A stretch of DNA of 64,000 nt from the human T2T-CHM13v2.0 reference genome, Homo sapiens. Positions 35,815-54,314 of the stretch are shown piece after piece (positions within the stretch are counted from its first letter, which is position 1; each line of letters starts with the position of its first letter). Below the pieces are notes generated by a model, which saw nothing but the letters and a program-made list of their open reading frames with translations, made no database searches and was not told the origin of the DNA. A program made the translations under genes and the position numbers. The stretch lies in NCBI RefSeq assembly GCF_009914755.1, contig NC_060947.1. One strand, given 5' to 3'.

Positions 35815-36300
35815 CAAGAAAGCACCTTTTTACACAGGCTTCTTGGGCATGGAAGGCACTCGGGGAAATACCAGTTGGTTTGCATTTGGGTCAGGGTGGT
35901 GGAAACTAGGGGGAAAGAGGTTCCACCTGAGGTCTCTGATGAGTAGGGACCTGTGCTGAAGTAGAAGTTATCACCTCTTCTCCACCTTGTGAAGAGGCTG
36001 AGGACATGCCAGTTGGAGTTAGGTGGAAAGTGGTCAGTGGTTTGCAAGGACATGACAGGGAGGTAATCTATATTCTGGACTCATTCCCTCATCCCGGATA
36101 TTTTCTCTACCTTTGGTAATGAGGTTTTTAGCAACAAAACGTGGGGCTGGCACATATCTCCCTTGTTATAGATGTATTACCTTATGACTCTTTCCAAATA
36201 GTAAATCGCATTAAAAGGACATGCATTTCTACTTACTTGTAGTCACAGCAGAGAAAAATAAAAGCCAAAAGTGTGTTACTCTAAGATCACAGAATCATGA

Positions 36301-36707
<407 letters not shown>

Positions 36708-37333
36708 CTAAACCACACTTCTTATAATATTGAGAACAAATCATAATTTGATTTGGGCTTTGATCTTTTCAAAGACAGTCATGTTTGCTTCTACTTTTTC
36801 ACGTGGATTGTTTAAAGTCCTCAAGGGGAAAACAAACAAAAAAATAGGCAAAAATCTTGCATCTTTATTTTTAATCATTTTGTTTATTTTTCAAAGATTG
36901 ATAAATGTAAAATGTAAAAGTACTCCACAAACACTCAGTCCCCAGATACGCTGAAAGAAAAGAGAATGTTGTTTTCCATGGTAGGTAAAGTAGAAGGTTT
37001 TACAGTATATGTTTCACTAACTTATTATGATTTTTGCATAAAATGAATCCACGTAATCATCACATTGTATTTTCCAATTTAATACTGAGTTATCAGTCAC
37101 TGGGCATTTTTTAAATGGCAAAAATGCTTTATTGGAATAATTGGAATAAATATAATGAACACAGGTATCTCCCTTTTACATTCAAAATATAAGTAAAATA
37201 TTCAGGACAATTTTGATAACAAGAAAACCACCCATAATCTCCACAACCTATTCATAATATTTTAAATTTTGGTTAGTATCATTGAAGACTACTTATGCAT
37301 ATGCATATTTTTCCACATGATTGCAACCATTAG

Positions 37334-37664
<331 letters not shown>

Positions 37665-38708
37665 CGGTAAATAATATTTTATAGTCTGAATTTTTCTGTT
37701 GCATTCTGTCTTAAACATACGTGCTCCCATGTTTCTGCACAGTCTTCAAAATTATCATGTTAATGGCTGGATAACAACACAGTGAGCAGATGGTGCTCCT
37801 TTATTAAGCCATTCTCCTATGGTGGTGTGTGGTAGGTAATGCAAGCTATCATGATGGTATGTCCCCTTCTGGAAGGTGGAGGAGAGGAGGGTGGGAAAGA
37901 AAGAATGGAACATACTGAGAAAAATATTATTACTTTAAGATTTGAATCGATTTCCCCCTGTTATAAAAGTAGTACATGGTAATTATGGGAAAACCAGGTA
38001 ATCCCAGGGTATATAAATTTTAAAAATTTAAAAAACCAACTATAATGTGTCTACTTGGTGGTCATTCTAACCCCAACAGTAAGTATAGCCTAATCTTGAT
38101 GATTTCAAGAGCTAATAAACTTTTAGATCATCATTTAATACTGTTTCTCCAGATTTTTCCACATCTCAGCAAGTTTACATGCTGCAGGAGGGGAAAACAA
38201 AAATTATCTTGTCACTTTTTAGACATATTTCATTTGGACTGTAAACAGTGTCACCAGTCTTATCTTAGGTGTTTGGAATGGGGTTTGAATATTTCCCAAA
38301 ATTAAACCATCCCAAAAGCATGATAATTGCTAGCTATTGAGATAAATTAAAACAAAAAACAAAAAACAAAACAAAACAAACAAAAAACAGAAAGCTGTAA
38401 CAATTATTGGGGAGTAGAGTGGTTAATTCCAAAAGAAAAACCTTTTTAAAGGTTAAAATTACTGCAAGTATATATGGAATACGAGTGCAGCTTCGCAAGG
38501 GGACTCTGTTCAAGAGGACAGCTCTCTTAGATGGGTGGGTTGTGGTATATTTGCTAAATAGCTGCAGTTAGTTCCTTATGAGCAAAACTTATCCTTCAGC
38601 TTTTCAATGAAAGTACCCTTTTAAGGGTGGGTAGACAATTTTAGGAACTGTTGGCATTTTGGGTGGAACAATTATTCAATGTGTGGGGCTATCCTGCTCA
38701 TTGCATGG

Positions 38709-39251
38709 TGTGATGGTTAATGTTGAGTGTCAGCGTGATCCGAATGAAGGATGCAAAGTATTGTTTCTGGGTGTGTCTGTTAGGGTGCTGCCAAAGGAGA
38801 TTAACATTTGAGTCAGTGGATTGGGAGAGGCAAACCCACCCTCAATCTGGGTGGGCACAATCCCCTCCCCTGCCAGCGCGGCTAGAAAAAGCAGACAGTA
38901 GAAGGTGGAATGAGCAGACTTGCAAGTCTTCTGGCCTTCACCTTTCTCTTGTGGTGCTGGATCCTTCCTGCTCTCGAACATCGCACTCCATATTCTTCAG
39001 CTTTTGGACTCTTGGACTTACACCAGTGGTTTGCCAGGGGCTCTCGGGCCTTCAGCCACAGACTGAAGGCTTCACTTCCCTACTTTTGAGATTTTGGGAC
39101 TCGGACTAGCTTCCTTGCTTCTCAGCTTGCAGACGGTCTATTGTGGCACATCATCTTGTGATTGTGTGAGTCAATACTTCTTAATAAACTCCCTTTCATA
39201 TATACATCTATCCTATTAGTTCTGTGCCTTTAGAGAACCCTGACTAATATA
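38709..39251 (+). mobile_element. MLT2A (ERVL) solo LTR inserted into a MER20-like DNA element
   Basis: Starts tgtgatggttaat, ends agagaaccctgactaata; AATAAA at 39183; 5-bp TSD catgg. Confidence 0.88.
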
Positions 39252-39485
39252 CATGGCATTTAGCACTGGCCCTGCCCACTAAATGTCCCTCCTTCTGACA
39301 AAAAAAAAAAAAAATGCCTTATGTCCATTTCTACAAGGCCCTTGGGGTTAAAGTGGGATCAACTTTGGTTAAGGACCACAGATTTGGTTTCTAAAGTACT
39401 AGCCCCTACTTTAAGGAATGGGCTCAGGAATCATGATCACTAGGGTAGGAATCTGAAAATATATATTTTTTTCAATTAAAAACAT

Positions 39486-39606
39486 TTTTTTAGAGATGAG
39501 GGTCCTGCTGTGTTATCCCTGCTGGCCTCAAACTCCTGGGCTCAAGTGATCCTCCCAAAAGCTTCCTGAATTGTTGGAATTTCAGGCATGAGCCACTGGG
39601 CCCAGC
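39486..39606 (-). mobile_element. FLAM (Alu monomer) inside a MER5-like element
   Basis: Monomeric antisense Alu left arm. Confidence 0.75.
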
Positions 39607-39869
39607 TGAAAATCTTTTTAGTAAGCTCTTCCAGTGATGCTAATGTAGCCAGTCCTCAGAGAGGCTTTGAGGAATCAGAGGCTTACAGCAATAAATGACT
39701 CCCTGCTCCCTCCCCAAAACCTCATTCATCCACCCTCTGCCCTCCTTCTCTATAATGCTCTAAAACCTCATCCTTGCTTTACAAAAAAAAAAAAAAAAAT
39801 TTCCCCAGCTCCTGGAGAAAGGGGAAAGATTGTTTTGTTATATGCCCATCGGGGAGGGAACACTGTACA

Positions 39870-40180
39870 TTCAACTTGCCAGTATAACACAGTGTTTATA
39901 TTTCCACTTTCACAGATGAGAAAACTGAGGCTCAGAGTGGGCTGCTAATACTAATAGCCAGCTACTATGTACTATGTATCTGCATGTGCTTGATTCCTGA
40001 CAACAGTTTTGTGAGATATGTACTCCTAATGTGTCCGTTTTACAGATGAGAAAACTGAGACTCGAAGAGTCTTGCAGAAAGTTGTGCAGCCTGTAAGAGC
40101 AGCTGGTGGAGCTAGAATTCAAGTCTGGGCCTTCTCATCTCAGATCCTAAATTTGTTTCTGGGGCCCAGCACTGCCTCTG
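39870..40180 (-). mobile_element. MIR remnants
   Basis: Two 'acagatgagaaaactgag' cores. Confidence 0.75.
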
Positions 40181-40547
40181 TGTCAGGGGGATACAGACCC
40201 TACCTGCTTTCTAAATGACCCCTTCAAGAAGTTGGAGGCTGAGCTGAAAAATCAGGGCCAGGCAGGATTGGAATATTCGAATAGCAGTAATAAAAATTTG
40301 GTAGGAAATGAAGACAACTGGCTGCTAGTTTCATTAAACATGCCCCCAGAACACAGGCTAAACTGAGATAGTTAATCAAAGACAACTGTAAATCTCAGAC
40401 TGTGTTTTTCACAGCATTCAGAGATCCAAAGAAACAGCATGAAAATTATGGGAGCTATAATTCTAAATTGTTTGAGGCAAGAGAACATAGGGTGGACTAT
40501 TTTGAATACAAGCTCTGTAATTGAACCTCTTGCCTTATTATTCTTTA

Positions 40548-41995
<1,448 letters not shown>

Positions 41996-42389
41996 ATCAC
42001 AACAAAACAAATAAATGGGAATTCAATTGACCTAATGAAAAGAATATTTTATCTATACATATTTCTTTTAGCTCATGGATGCCCTCATTTCTTCTCCTTC
42101 ACTCAGGTTAGATCCCTGGAGATAAGAAGTGATGGCAGGGGCTGAGCAAAGGAGCGGATACAGTTCTTAGGAGGACAAGGACTTAGTTCTTATTTGCAGC
42201 ACTCACTCACTCACTCACCAATGACTGAGCAGCTCAAGGATACAGTCTGCTGCTAAATCAGGTACTTCAGGGTAGAGAGAAAAAATTGAGGGCCTGGGAC
42301 CTGGTGCTCTAAAAGCTTATAAGTTAACCCAGAGAAAAAACAGTACATTTCTGCATAGTATTATCTCAGTAGGGTAGAGAGGTAGAAGG

Positions 42390-42620
42390 GCAGTGTGGAA
42401 TGATCATGGACATTAGGGGTCAAATTGTCCTGAATCTCAGCAAATCCACTGTCTAGCTGTAGAAGTTTGGGCAAGCTTTGCTCAGCCTCAGTGTCTGCAT
42501 CTGTAAAATGAGGCTGACATCACCTAAATTAGATGATTTTCATGAGGATTAAGAAAGATGATGTTGCTAACATGCGTGCCACATAGTAGGTACTCAATGA
42601 AAGATACCAATTATTATTAT
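42390..42620 (+). mobile_element. MIR
   Basis: 'gcctcagtgtctgcatctgtaaaatgagg', 'acatagtaggtactcaat'. Confidence 0.75.
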
Positions 42621-43857
42621 ATACAGAATCTACGAATGCTCAAATAACCTCAAGACAAACTTGATGGTGGTTAATACATAGGTGTGAAGACTGACATGTT
42701 CAGTCTTTCAATAAGTGATAGCTTTCTTTTTCAAAGTTTGGGCCGGCTGCTCTATCAGGAGGTTGACAATATGAGTTTTTTATTTCTTTGTTTTGTTTTG
42801 TGAACCTCTGAATATGCCTTTTCTTTTTAGCTGTTTCTACATTTCTACTTTCTGGAATACATTGAGTTGCAGGTGGCCCAAAGAAAAAAGTATTGTCTAA
42901 CATTCTTTAGCTCATTAGTAATGGCCACCTAAAACAATTTAACTGTGAATCTTACAACTTTTTTCCCTCCCTAATTACATTTGGAGAAGAAGGCATACAA
43001 CTCTTGTATATTTGAATGCTGTAAACACCGTTAATTTCTGCAGCTTAGGTAAATGCATTCTGCAGCAAATGGTCTCGGAGCAGTCATGACGACATTTGTT
43101 GTTTACTCTTCATGAGGCACCAGCCTAAGAATTTTTAGAACTTCTGATCATTCCGCAGTTACGTGTCTATCTGAAGTTACCTGACTTTCATCCCATCAAA
43201 GGATATACAGAAGGTGTACTCATCTCTGACAGGGATGTGTTTAGAAGCAGATGCTAGGTGGTAGTCAAAGACGTTGGAATGGGGACCCTTTGATCCTGTT
43301 CCAAAAGGGGACTCAAGGAAAAGTCCCAATTGTTAATAGGAACAGAGTATATGAGTGCTCCTGAGCCCCTTGAGTCTATGTTTTAATTTGAGGATTTAAG
43401 CCTCTGGAGATTGATATGGTAATATCCTGAAAAGAGAAGATGAAATTAGGCAAGTTCTGCTCCCATAAGATATAGGCTCTTCAGAGTCAATGTCAAAAGA
43501 AGAGTTATGGAAAAACAATTTGTCCCTCCAGCACAGTGGAACGAAGATGAAATTATACCTGAATATTAGGTCAATGGTCAACTTCTCAAAGGAGAAATGG
43601 GGCCTGCTGTAAGTGGTGACAAAAGCAGATGGAATGAACTTCCAAGAAGAGGACCTCGAAAAGGCTAAAATGCTGTTTCCCAATGAATGTAATGAAAACA
43701 TGAAAAATTACATTCCTAAGGAAACCACCAAAAACATGGAAAGACCCTAGACTGGAAAACATGGAATAACCTCTTATCTTGTTCTTATCTTGACTTTATT
43801 TGCTGTCTGCTTAGAGTAAAATGAGAATGATGGAGAAGGAGAGAAGGAGATACATAG

Positions 43858-44275
<418 letters not shown>

Positions 44276-44287
44276 ACATGTGTATAC

Positions 44288-44337
<50 letters not shown>

Positions 44338-44349
44338 GACAAGATACAT

Positions 44350-45250
44350 CACCTTGATGGGCAGCTTTAAATAGTACAACTTCTAATCTTTCCAACAATA
44401 AGTTTTAGCAGCTTCTAATCTTGTCTCCAATAGAGGGGTCATGGCAAACCACAATCTGATTGCGAGGAAGGAATATGCCATGGCTCAAAAAATGTGCTTA
44501 GCAAAATCAGACAAGTCTGTCACTGTGTGAACAAGCAGGGGAGATCTGATGCTTATTTTATTTAGCACTGGAAAGACTTTTACTTTAGAGTAATAGCTTA
44601 CTCTTATATAATGCTCTTTAGTTCAGAAAGCCCCTTTATTTCTGTTATCTGATTTAGTCTGGACTGTATCCCAGTAAGGACAATTATTATCTGAATTGAT
44701 AATAATTCGGATGAGGAAACTGAAGCTCAGAAATTTTAAATAGCTTGCCAAAGTTCCCATGGGTAGGAAGAGACAGAGCTGGCAGTAGAACCCAGGCCTT
44801 CAAATTCCCAGACCAAGCCCGATTTGTCACATAATGCCTCACCATATAGGTTCTAGGATCAACATGAACAGTATGGAGAGAGGCCAATGGACTAGGCACC
44901 AGGATGAAAATAAAGCAACAAAATATGGCTAGGGGCATGAGGACTATTAAGCCAAGAGAAGAAAAACACAGGGAGTTAACTCTTTAGTGGCTTTAGTAAT
45001 GAAAAGTGAATATTAAGAGAGTCTACTTCATTTTGAGTAATGATGCACTCAAAGGCTATGGATTGGAATTGCAAAAAAAAAAAAAAAAAAAAACAAACAA
45101 AAAGAAAAGAAAAGAAAAAAAGAAAACAAAACACGCAACCACGTTTGGTATTCATAAAGTAGTTCCGGACAGGGAGGAGTGTTCAACACTGAGGAAGGTA
45201 CCAAAAGGACTTGTGGAAACTTCTTTAGAAGCTTTCAAGACCAGCAGGAT
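44350..45250 (+). mobile_element. L3/CR1 LINE 3' remnants, interrupted by a MIR (~44640-44850)
   Basis: 'aggtaccaaaaggacttgtggaaacttctttagaagctttcaagac' resembles the CR1 3' end. Confidence 0.5.
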
Positions 45251-45906
45251 GTGTAGTTCATGAACACATGCATCCCATAGGGAGAAAGGCGCTCATTGAA
45301 GTTTTCAGCATCTGTCAAACAACTGGGCCATCTGGGAAACATGTCTCTTGTCCCACTAGAATTTTCCTTCTCTTTCCAATTCTGTGATTTTAGTAAAGAG
45401 GCTGAGGTGGCAATGTGCTGCTGTAGTTCCCAGCTCAACACTAGAGTCCAGGGTGAGAGTGGGACTTTGGGGCTGACAAGAAGCCCTTAGTGGAGGTAAA
45501 AAGGGAATTCCAGGCAGTGTTTGTCCTGGAAAGGGGGGAAATTGACACCTTCTATATTCTCCCCTTACACTTCACTAGAGGGGGAAATTGGCTGGGAAAG
45601 GCTGGCCCTTCAGGGTTTTTTTGTTTGTTTGTTTGCTTTTTGTTTTTTTTTTTTTTCTGTATACCTGCCAAGAGAGAAATCACCTGAAAGTGAAAGGAAG
45701 CAGCTCACAGCCTGTGAAATTCTGTGATTCCTGGGGCCAGGTGGAACATTCTTTCCTCTAGTCTCATTATGTAAATCTTCATCTGCGAAGTGGGCGCATA
45801 CATTCTTCTTGTGCAGAGGCACCTGCAGCTTTAATTAGTTTCTCAAATTTGATTGGGTTTGAGAATCAAAAGTTGTAGTTTGAAAAGCACAATAAGGTTT
45901 GTATAA

Positions 45907-46359
<453 letters not shown>

Positions 46360-46771
46360 TAAGGCCCGAAACCCCTCTTAATCTCCATCCCTCTTCTCTA
46401 GCTCCCCACACTTCTCCAGCAGCATTAGCCTCTGTGACTTTTCAATTTTGTATGTTCTTATTCCAGTTTTTGTTTGTTGGCTTCAATATTTTTGCATGCA
46501 CTTATTCATTTGTTTCTTAAAATGTTACTTTTAATTATAAAGCATTTCAAACATTCAAACTAAATGTAATGTAGCAGACACCTATGCAGTCCCAAGATAA
46601 AACAGATGTTAACATTTTGCCATACTTGTTTCCAATCTCTTTTTGTAAAGAAACTGAATGATGCGGATATATTTCCCTTTGCTTTCCTTCCCCAGAGGTA
46701 ACCACTAATCCAGAAATCAGCAAGTATCATTCTCATGTATGTTTCCAATATATGCATGTGTCTCCACAAAA

Positions 46772-46975
46772 CATAGAAGTCTGCCAACTTTTTCTGTAAA
46801 GGGCTAGATAGTAAATACTTCAGGCTTTGCAGGTCTCTGTTGAATATTCTGCTTTTAAAATTAGAAAAAGTGTTATAACCTTTCAAAACTGTAAAAAGCA
46901 TTCGTGGCTCTCTTGCCATACAAAGACAGGCTGAGGCCTGGATTTGGCCATTGGGGGTTAGTTTTCTCACCTCTG
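46772..46975. mobile_element. MER58A hAT-Charlie within an old L1ME
   Basis: 'caactttttctgtaaagggctagatagtaaatacttcaggctttgcaggtc'. Confidence 0.8.
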
Positions 46976-47190
46976 GATGTTTTTCTAGCCCTGTGCATTC
47001 TAATAATTTGCATACAAATAGAATCATGCTGTTCGTATTTTTTCACTATTTAAGTTTTTCATTCAGTATGTTTATGAGATGTATGTATGTTGATATATGT
47101 TGATCTATTTCATATCTATGTACATATATATGTATGTGTGTATATATATATATGTATGTATGTATGTATGTATATATATATATATATGTA

Positions 47191-47492
<302 letters not shown>

Positions 47493-47654
47493 TATTTCAT
47501 ATATTTTAATAGGCTATATTGTAGTCCATTGTATGAATACACCACAGGTTCCTTTTCCTTTCTTCTACCAAGAAACAGTTAAGGTTGTTTCCCACTTTTC
47601 ATCGTTGTAAATAGTGCTGCAATTTTATTTTACTGACATAAAATCCAGCTTGGC

Positions 47655-48250
47655 ATTCTGTGATCAGGATTGGCAGCACATGTTCAAGTCGACTTCTCAG
47701 AATGACTCCCATCATGGGAGGTGCACTACCTCTGCCACAGTCAAGGTGGTGGAAAGAAAGGAGGCTGCCACTGGAAGTACTGAGCTCATGAAGTTACTGC
47801 TGTAGCCGCAACATAGGGAACAGGAAATCTTGATCATGAGGCTTTTACCGCTGCTTCTGCTGTCTCTTAACACCTGTGAATTTGGTGACTGGGCATGAGG
47901 ATGCTGACTCTTGCCACCACCACTCCAGTAGCTGCCTACAGTTACCAATAAGCAAGAGACTGGATACTGAAATGCGGTTTGTGAGGACAACTCACATCTC
48001 CACAAGTGTGCTTGCAATAGCAGGCATATATATGGCTTCCACATCTCTTCTGCTTTCCAAATATCATGTGAGTGCATCAAATTGGCAGAACCCAGTTTGT
48101 ATAGAGAACGCTAGTGGCAAAGGTGTCTGGAAAACACAATAATTTTTTTCTTTCTTTTCTTCTTATTTTTTGCTTTTCATCTTCTGCAGTGCAGGAAAGT
48201 ACATTAGAAGAATGTAGGAATGAGTGTTGGGCACTGGGCATCAATCAGCC
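47655..48250. mobile_element. Old MaLR (MLT1-type) LTR
   Basis: 'gagtgcatcaaattggcagaacccag...ctagtggcaaaggtgtctggaaaa'. Confidence 0.5.
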
Positions 48251-48519
48251 TTGTCTACCCCCACACTTCTGGCTTGTTAACAGATTGTTTCATGTGTTTT
48301 AGTCTTATTCCCACAAGTAAATGTTTAGCTCCCCAAATCCCAAATCTGAATACGAGGATTCTACCTTGGCCCTAACACAGAGCTGAACACAATGTAACTT
48401 CTCTCTCTCTTTGTGTATAGATTATATACATTTATTTTGTATTTTATATAATATATATGTATTATATATAATGTACGTATATGTATTATATATTATATGT
48501 GTGTGTATATATATATATA

Positions 48520-48805
48520 TTTTTTGAGACAGGGTCTTGCTCTGTCTTCCAGGCTGGAGTGCAGTGGCACAACCATAGCTTACTTCAGCCTCGACCTCCC
48601 TGGACTCAGGTGATCCTCCCGCCTCAGTCTCCTGTGTTGCTGGGACCACATGCACATGCCACCATACCTGGCTAATTTTTTTTTTTGTAGAGACAGAGTC
48701 TCGCTATATTGACAGGGCTGGTCTTGAACTCCCGGCCTCAAGTGATCCTCCTGCCTCATCCTCCCAAAGTGTTGGGATTACAGGTGTGAGCCACCACACC
48801 CAGCT
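48520..48805 (-). mobile_element. AluJ
   Basis: 'acagggtcttgctctg', 'cctcgacctccctggactcagg'. Confidence 0.92.
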
Positions 48806-49271
48806 CAATTTTTTTATTGAAGTGAATAACATGGAAGTAACCATTTTAAAGTAAACAATTCAGTAGCATTTAGGACACCCACGATGTTATGCAACCACCA
48901 TTTCCATTTAGTTCCAAGACATTTTCATCCCCAAAAGACAAATCTCATGCCCAAAAAACAGTGGCTTCCATTCACCATTTAGTCTACCCCTGACAACCAC
49001 TATTGATTTTCTGCCTTTACGGATTTACTTATTCTCTATGGATTTATCTGATCTTGGTATTTTATGTACATGAAATCATGAGGATCTTGATAAAATTTAT
49101 ATTCTGATTCAGTAGGTTGGGGTCGGGACTTGAGCTTCTGCATTACTGTTAAGCTCCCAAGTGAAGTCTATACTTCTGGGCCATAGAACACACCTTAAGG
49201 TAGTAAGGTCTTAGAGTATAGTCATTTAAGTTAATGACCATAATTTAGGTGCCAGTACATAGTAAAAATTA

Positions 49272-50020
49272 AAGACAAACACCCACTAGGATGACTATAA
49301 TCAAAAAGTGTATAATAGCAACAAGAGTTGTTGAAGATGTGGAGAAATTAGAACCCTTATACTCTGCTGCTGGGAAAGTAAAATGTTACAGTCATTTGGA
49401 GAAGAGTTTATCAGTTCTTCCAAAAGTTTAACATAGAGTTACCATATGACCCAGTAATTCCACTCCTAGGTATATACTCAAGAGAAATGAAAACACATAT
49501 TCACACAAAAGCTTTATGCGAATGCTTGCAGCAGCATTATTCATAATGGGCAAAAAGTGAAAACAACTTAAATGCCCATCAAATGATGAATGAATAAACA
49601 AAATGTTGACTATCTATTCAGCACAATATTCAGTAATAAAAAGTTAAGAAGTAGTGATTTATGCCACGACATGAATGATCCTTAAAATCATAATGCTAAG
49701 TGAAAGAAGTCAGTAACAGAAAAGGCCACATATTGTATGATTCCATTTGTATGAATTTTCCAGAATAGAAAAATTCATACTGACAGAAAGTATTATAGAT
49801 TAGTGGTTGCTTATTGCTGGGGGGCAAGAATGGAGAGTGACTGTTTATGAGCATGGTACTTCATTTTAGGGTGATGAAAATATTCTAAAATTGATTGGGC
49901 TTTGGTTGCACAACTTTATGAATATACAAAAAACACTGGATTGCAAACTTTAAATGTGTGAAGTATATGGTATGTGAATTATATTTCGATAAAGCTGTTA
50001 CAAAAAATGGAAAATAAAAA
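49272..50020 (+). mobile_element. L1MB-type 3' end
   Basis: 'acccactaggatgactataatcaaaaag'...'ggtatgtgaattatatttcgataaagctgtt'. Confidence 0.85.
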
Positions 50021-50171
50021 GTAATCGTGACTTTGTGGCATTACCCTGTGGCCAGCATTTCAAGTTGTGGTGAAACCAGATCACTGGTGCAATTTGGGCA
50101 GTTGCATGGCCTCCAAAGTAATTTGGGCATAAAAATAGTTCAGGAAATACTGAATTTGTTGACCACTCTAG

Positions 50172-50624
<453 letters not shown>

Positions 50625-50988
50625 TAAAATGGGAGTTGGAATATAAGCTTGTTTTGGGTAGGAACTATGTTTTACTAGCTTACCACCATATCTCTTGTGC
50701 CTGCCATAAAGTAGATTTGCAATAAATGTTTGTTGAATGAATAAATGATGTTATCACTTATTAGAAGTTATATAAAAAGGAGAATGAAGTTGTGGGGGCT
50801 CCAATACATAATTCATGTTATTTTTGAAAAAAAGTGAGCAAAAAGATGAAGAAGTTCCATTTAGAGATTAAAATGTCACCTTTATTTCTCCCAAGTGGTG
50901 AAGTCAGAAGACATGGCTTATATCTGAAGGTGCATGGAACTATGGAATGCCAAACCTCCAAACTAGATGTAGCCACTGTGCTAGATAA

Positions 50989-51903
50989 TTGTAGCAGTAG
51001 CCCCAATTTGTTCATGCCTTCCTGGGTAGTCCACTCCTGCATTGAATCTTGGCTTAGGCTTGTGGCTTGCTTTGGTCAGTGAAACATTAGAAAATGTGAT
51101 ATAAGCAAACATTTGGAAAATTATTGCACATTGAAACTCTCTGCCTCCCACTTCTAGGAAACTATCCATCACTGTGAGAACAATCCTGTGCTAGACTTTG
51201 AAAAGGTGAGAGATCATGTGGACAGAGGCCCTAGCTATGGAAGTCATCTTAGCTGTCCCAGATGAGACCCCAGAAATGTGAATGAGGCTTTATTACACCA
51301 TCCGGTCCCAGTTGAGCCAGCCTAGACTAGAATATCCTGTCCAGCTAACCAGCAGAATCATAAGAAATAATGTTTGCTGTTTAAGCCATTGTTGTGGGTT
51401 GAATTGTGTTTCTTAAACAGATATATTGACATCATAACCCCTGGTGCCTCTGGTACCTGTGAATGTGACCTTATTTGGAAATTGAGTCTTTGTAAATGTA
51501 ATTAATATGTAAGTTAAGATGATGTCATACTGTAGTAAGTTGGGCCCTTAATCCAATACAACTGATGTCATTATAAAATAAAAGGAGAGGAGGGATAGAG
51601 ACAAACACACAGGGAGAATGCCATGTAACAACAGAGGCAGAGATTGGAGTGATGAATTTACAAGGAAAACCAAGGATTGCTGGTGACATCAGAAGCTAAA
51701 AGGCATGCAACAGATTCTTCCTGGGAGCCTTCAAAGGGAACATAGAATTTAATTTCGAAGTTCTAACTCCTGAACTGTGATAAAATAAATTTCTGATGTT
51801 TTAAGCCAACCAGTTTGTGCTACTGTGTTACAGCAGCCACAGGAAAGTCATATGGCCATTAAATTTTGGAGTGATTTCTTACACAGTAAAAGATAAACTA
51901 TAT
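50989..51903 (+). mobile_element. Nested MaLR LTRs: MLT1B/C-like (51390-51852) inside an older MLT1F/G-like LTR
   Basis: Inner 'tgttgtgggttgaattgtgt...gtgaccttatttggaaat...gttacagcagccacaggaa'; gccat repeated at the flanks. Confidence 0.75.
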
Positions 51904-52410
51904 ACTTATCTGCTCATTTGTGGAAGCAATAGACCAGGGCGAGGATCCCAATATGCCTGCCCAAAGAAAACTTACATTACTCAAAGAGTGTGCTCTTAGA
52001 ATGTTTCCTTTAAAAGGGAAAAGAGAAAAGCTCTGGGCCTAATACACCTGGCTTATTCGCCTCAGATTCGTTAAACAGATTTCACCCCACCTACGCTTTA
52101 ATGGGGTTTGTAAAGAAGTAGAAAGAATCTTCTAGGAGTGTCACATTAATTAAACTCCCTCCTATAGAAGAAAACATCAGGAATTGAGAAGCATACCAAT
52201 TAACAGTGTCATACACTGAACACACGAAAAGCCAGATTTATTCCTACTAAGACTTGTAAAGAAAAACTGGTATGGTGTTCATCCAGGAAAATTGTGATCA
52301 TAAGTGAGCTTCACACTTGTAACTTGAGGTGATATTCTACAAATGGCTGCAATGTTTCACTTTCCATCAGCTGAGTATGGATATGTGAAATCCAAGGCCA
52401 TGCATATTTA

Positions 52411-52975
<565 letters not shown>

Positions 52976-53917
52976 TAGTTTTAGTTGTTACATTTAGTTT
53001 ATCGATCTATTTTAGTTAATTTTCTGCATATGGTGTGAGATAGAAGTCCAACTGTATTCTTTATTCATTATCCAAAGGATAAAAACACATACAGTACATT
53101 GTTTGAGATCTAATAGGACAATGGATCATCTAAAGTGTGTTACCATTTAGAATAATTCCTGGATATATTTTAAAATGTCTGAGGACATATCATATTTTCT
53201 GTAGAGCTCGCCTATTAGCCCAAATTCCTAAATAAATCATTGCTTTTGGAAGTGATTTCAGAGTCTGTGAATCTTAACCAGTCATTTATTCAAATTTTAA
53301 TATAAAGTAATAGCATTCTATAATCTTTGTGAAAATTGGAAATGATTATGCCACCTTCATGGATCCCATTGTATGACTTACTGCGTTCTGTAGTTTGAAG
53401 ATGATCTTATAAACTCTATGATTAATTGTTTTGTTTACTGTAGGTCCTAGGTCACATCCCCTTATTTATTCATAGTGGTTTTGTGTGGAAAGCTCTCACT
53501 GAGTCAGAGGGACTCTGTGGGTAGAAAATCAAGAATTTCTGTAGAGGTAAACAAGAGTCATCATTCATCCAACAGACATAAGGCAATGTTCTAGATATTG
53601 GGTAATACAAAGGCAATGGGAAATCAATTTTTATCTTCAAGGGGCTGGCAAACTGATTCAGGATATAAAACGTGTTTATAAATTACTATAGAACTAAGGT
53701 AAAAGTGTGTTAGTGATATAGGAAAGTTAACAAAAAAGCCAAGCTATATACATATCCTTTCAATAGTAGGTAGGATGATCATACATTTTGGTTTCCCTGG
53801 AAAATTCAAATTAACACCTATTGTCACTGTGTGATAGCACTCTTTCTCTCTGGAAAGTCTTATGGCTTGTATGATAAAATATATGGTCACTATAAAAATC
53901 GGTAGACAGTCTAATAA

Positions 53918-54265
<348 letters not shown>

Positions 54266-54314
54266 ATATTATGGTTTTCTAGTAAAAGAAATGAGGGAGT
54301 GCAAAAGGCAATTG

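Noticed and set aside
35505-36053. 182-aa ORF and the many other 60-145-aa ORFs with [21 protein letters not shown] motifs
   Set aside because: Alu-derived reading frames
38730-38752. MLT2A LTR as a DUX4-driven cleavage-stage promoter
   Set aside because: The position where I recall TTGATTGGATTGA in the consensus reads gtgatccgaatga here, so the motif is degraded
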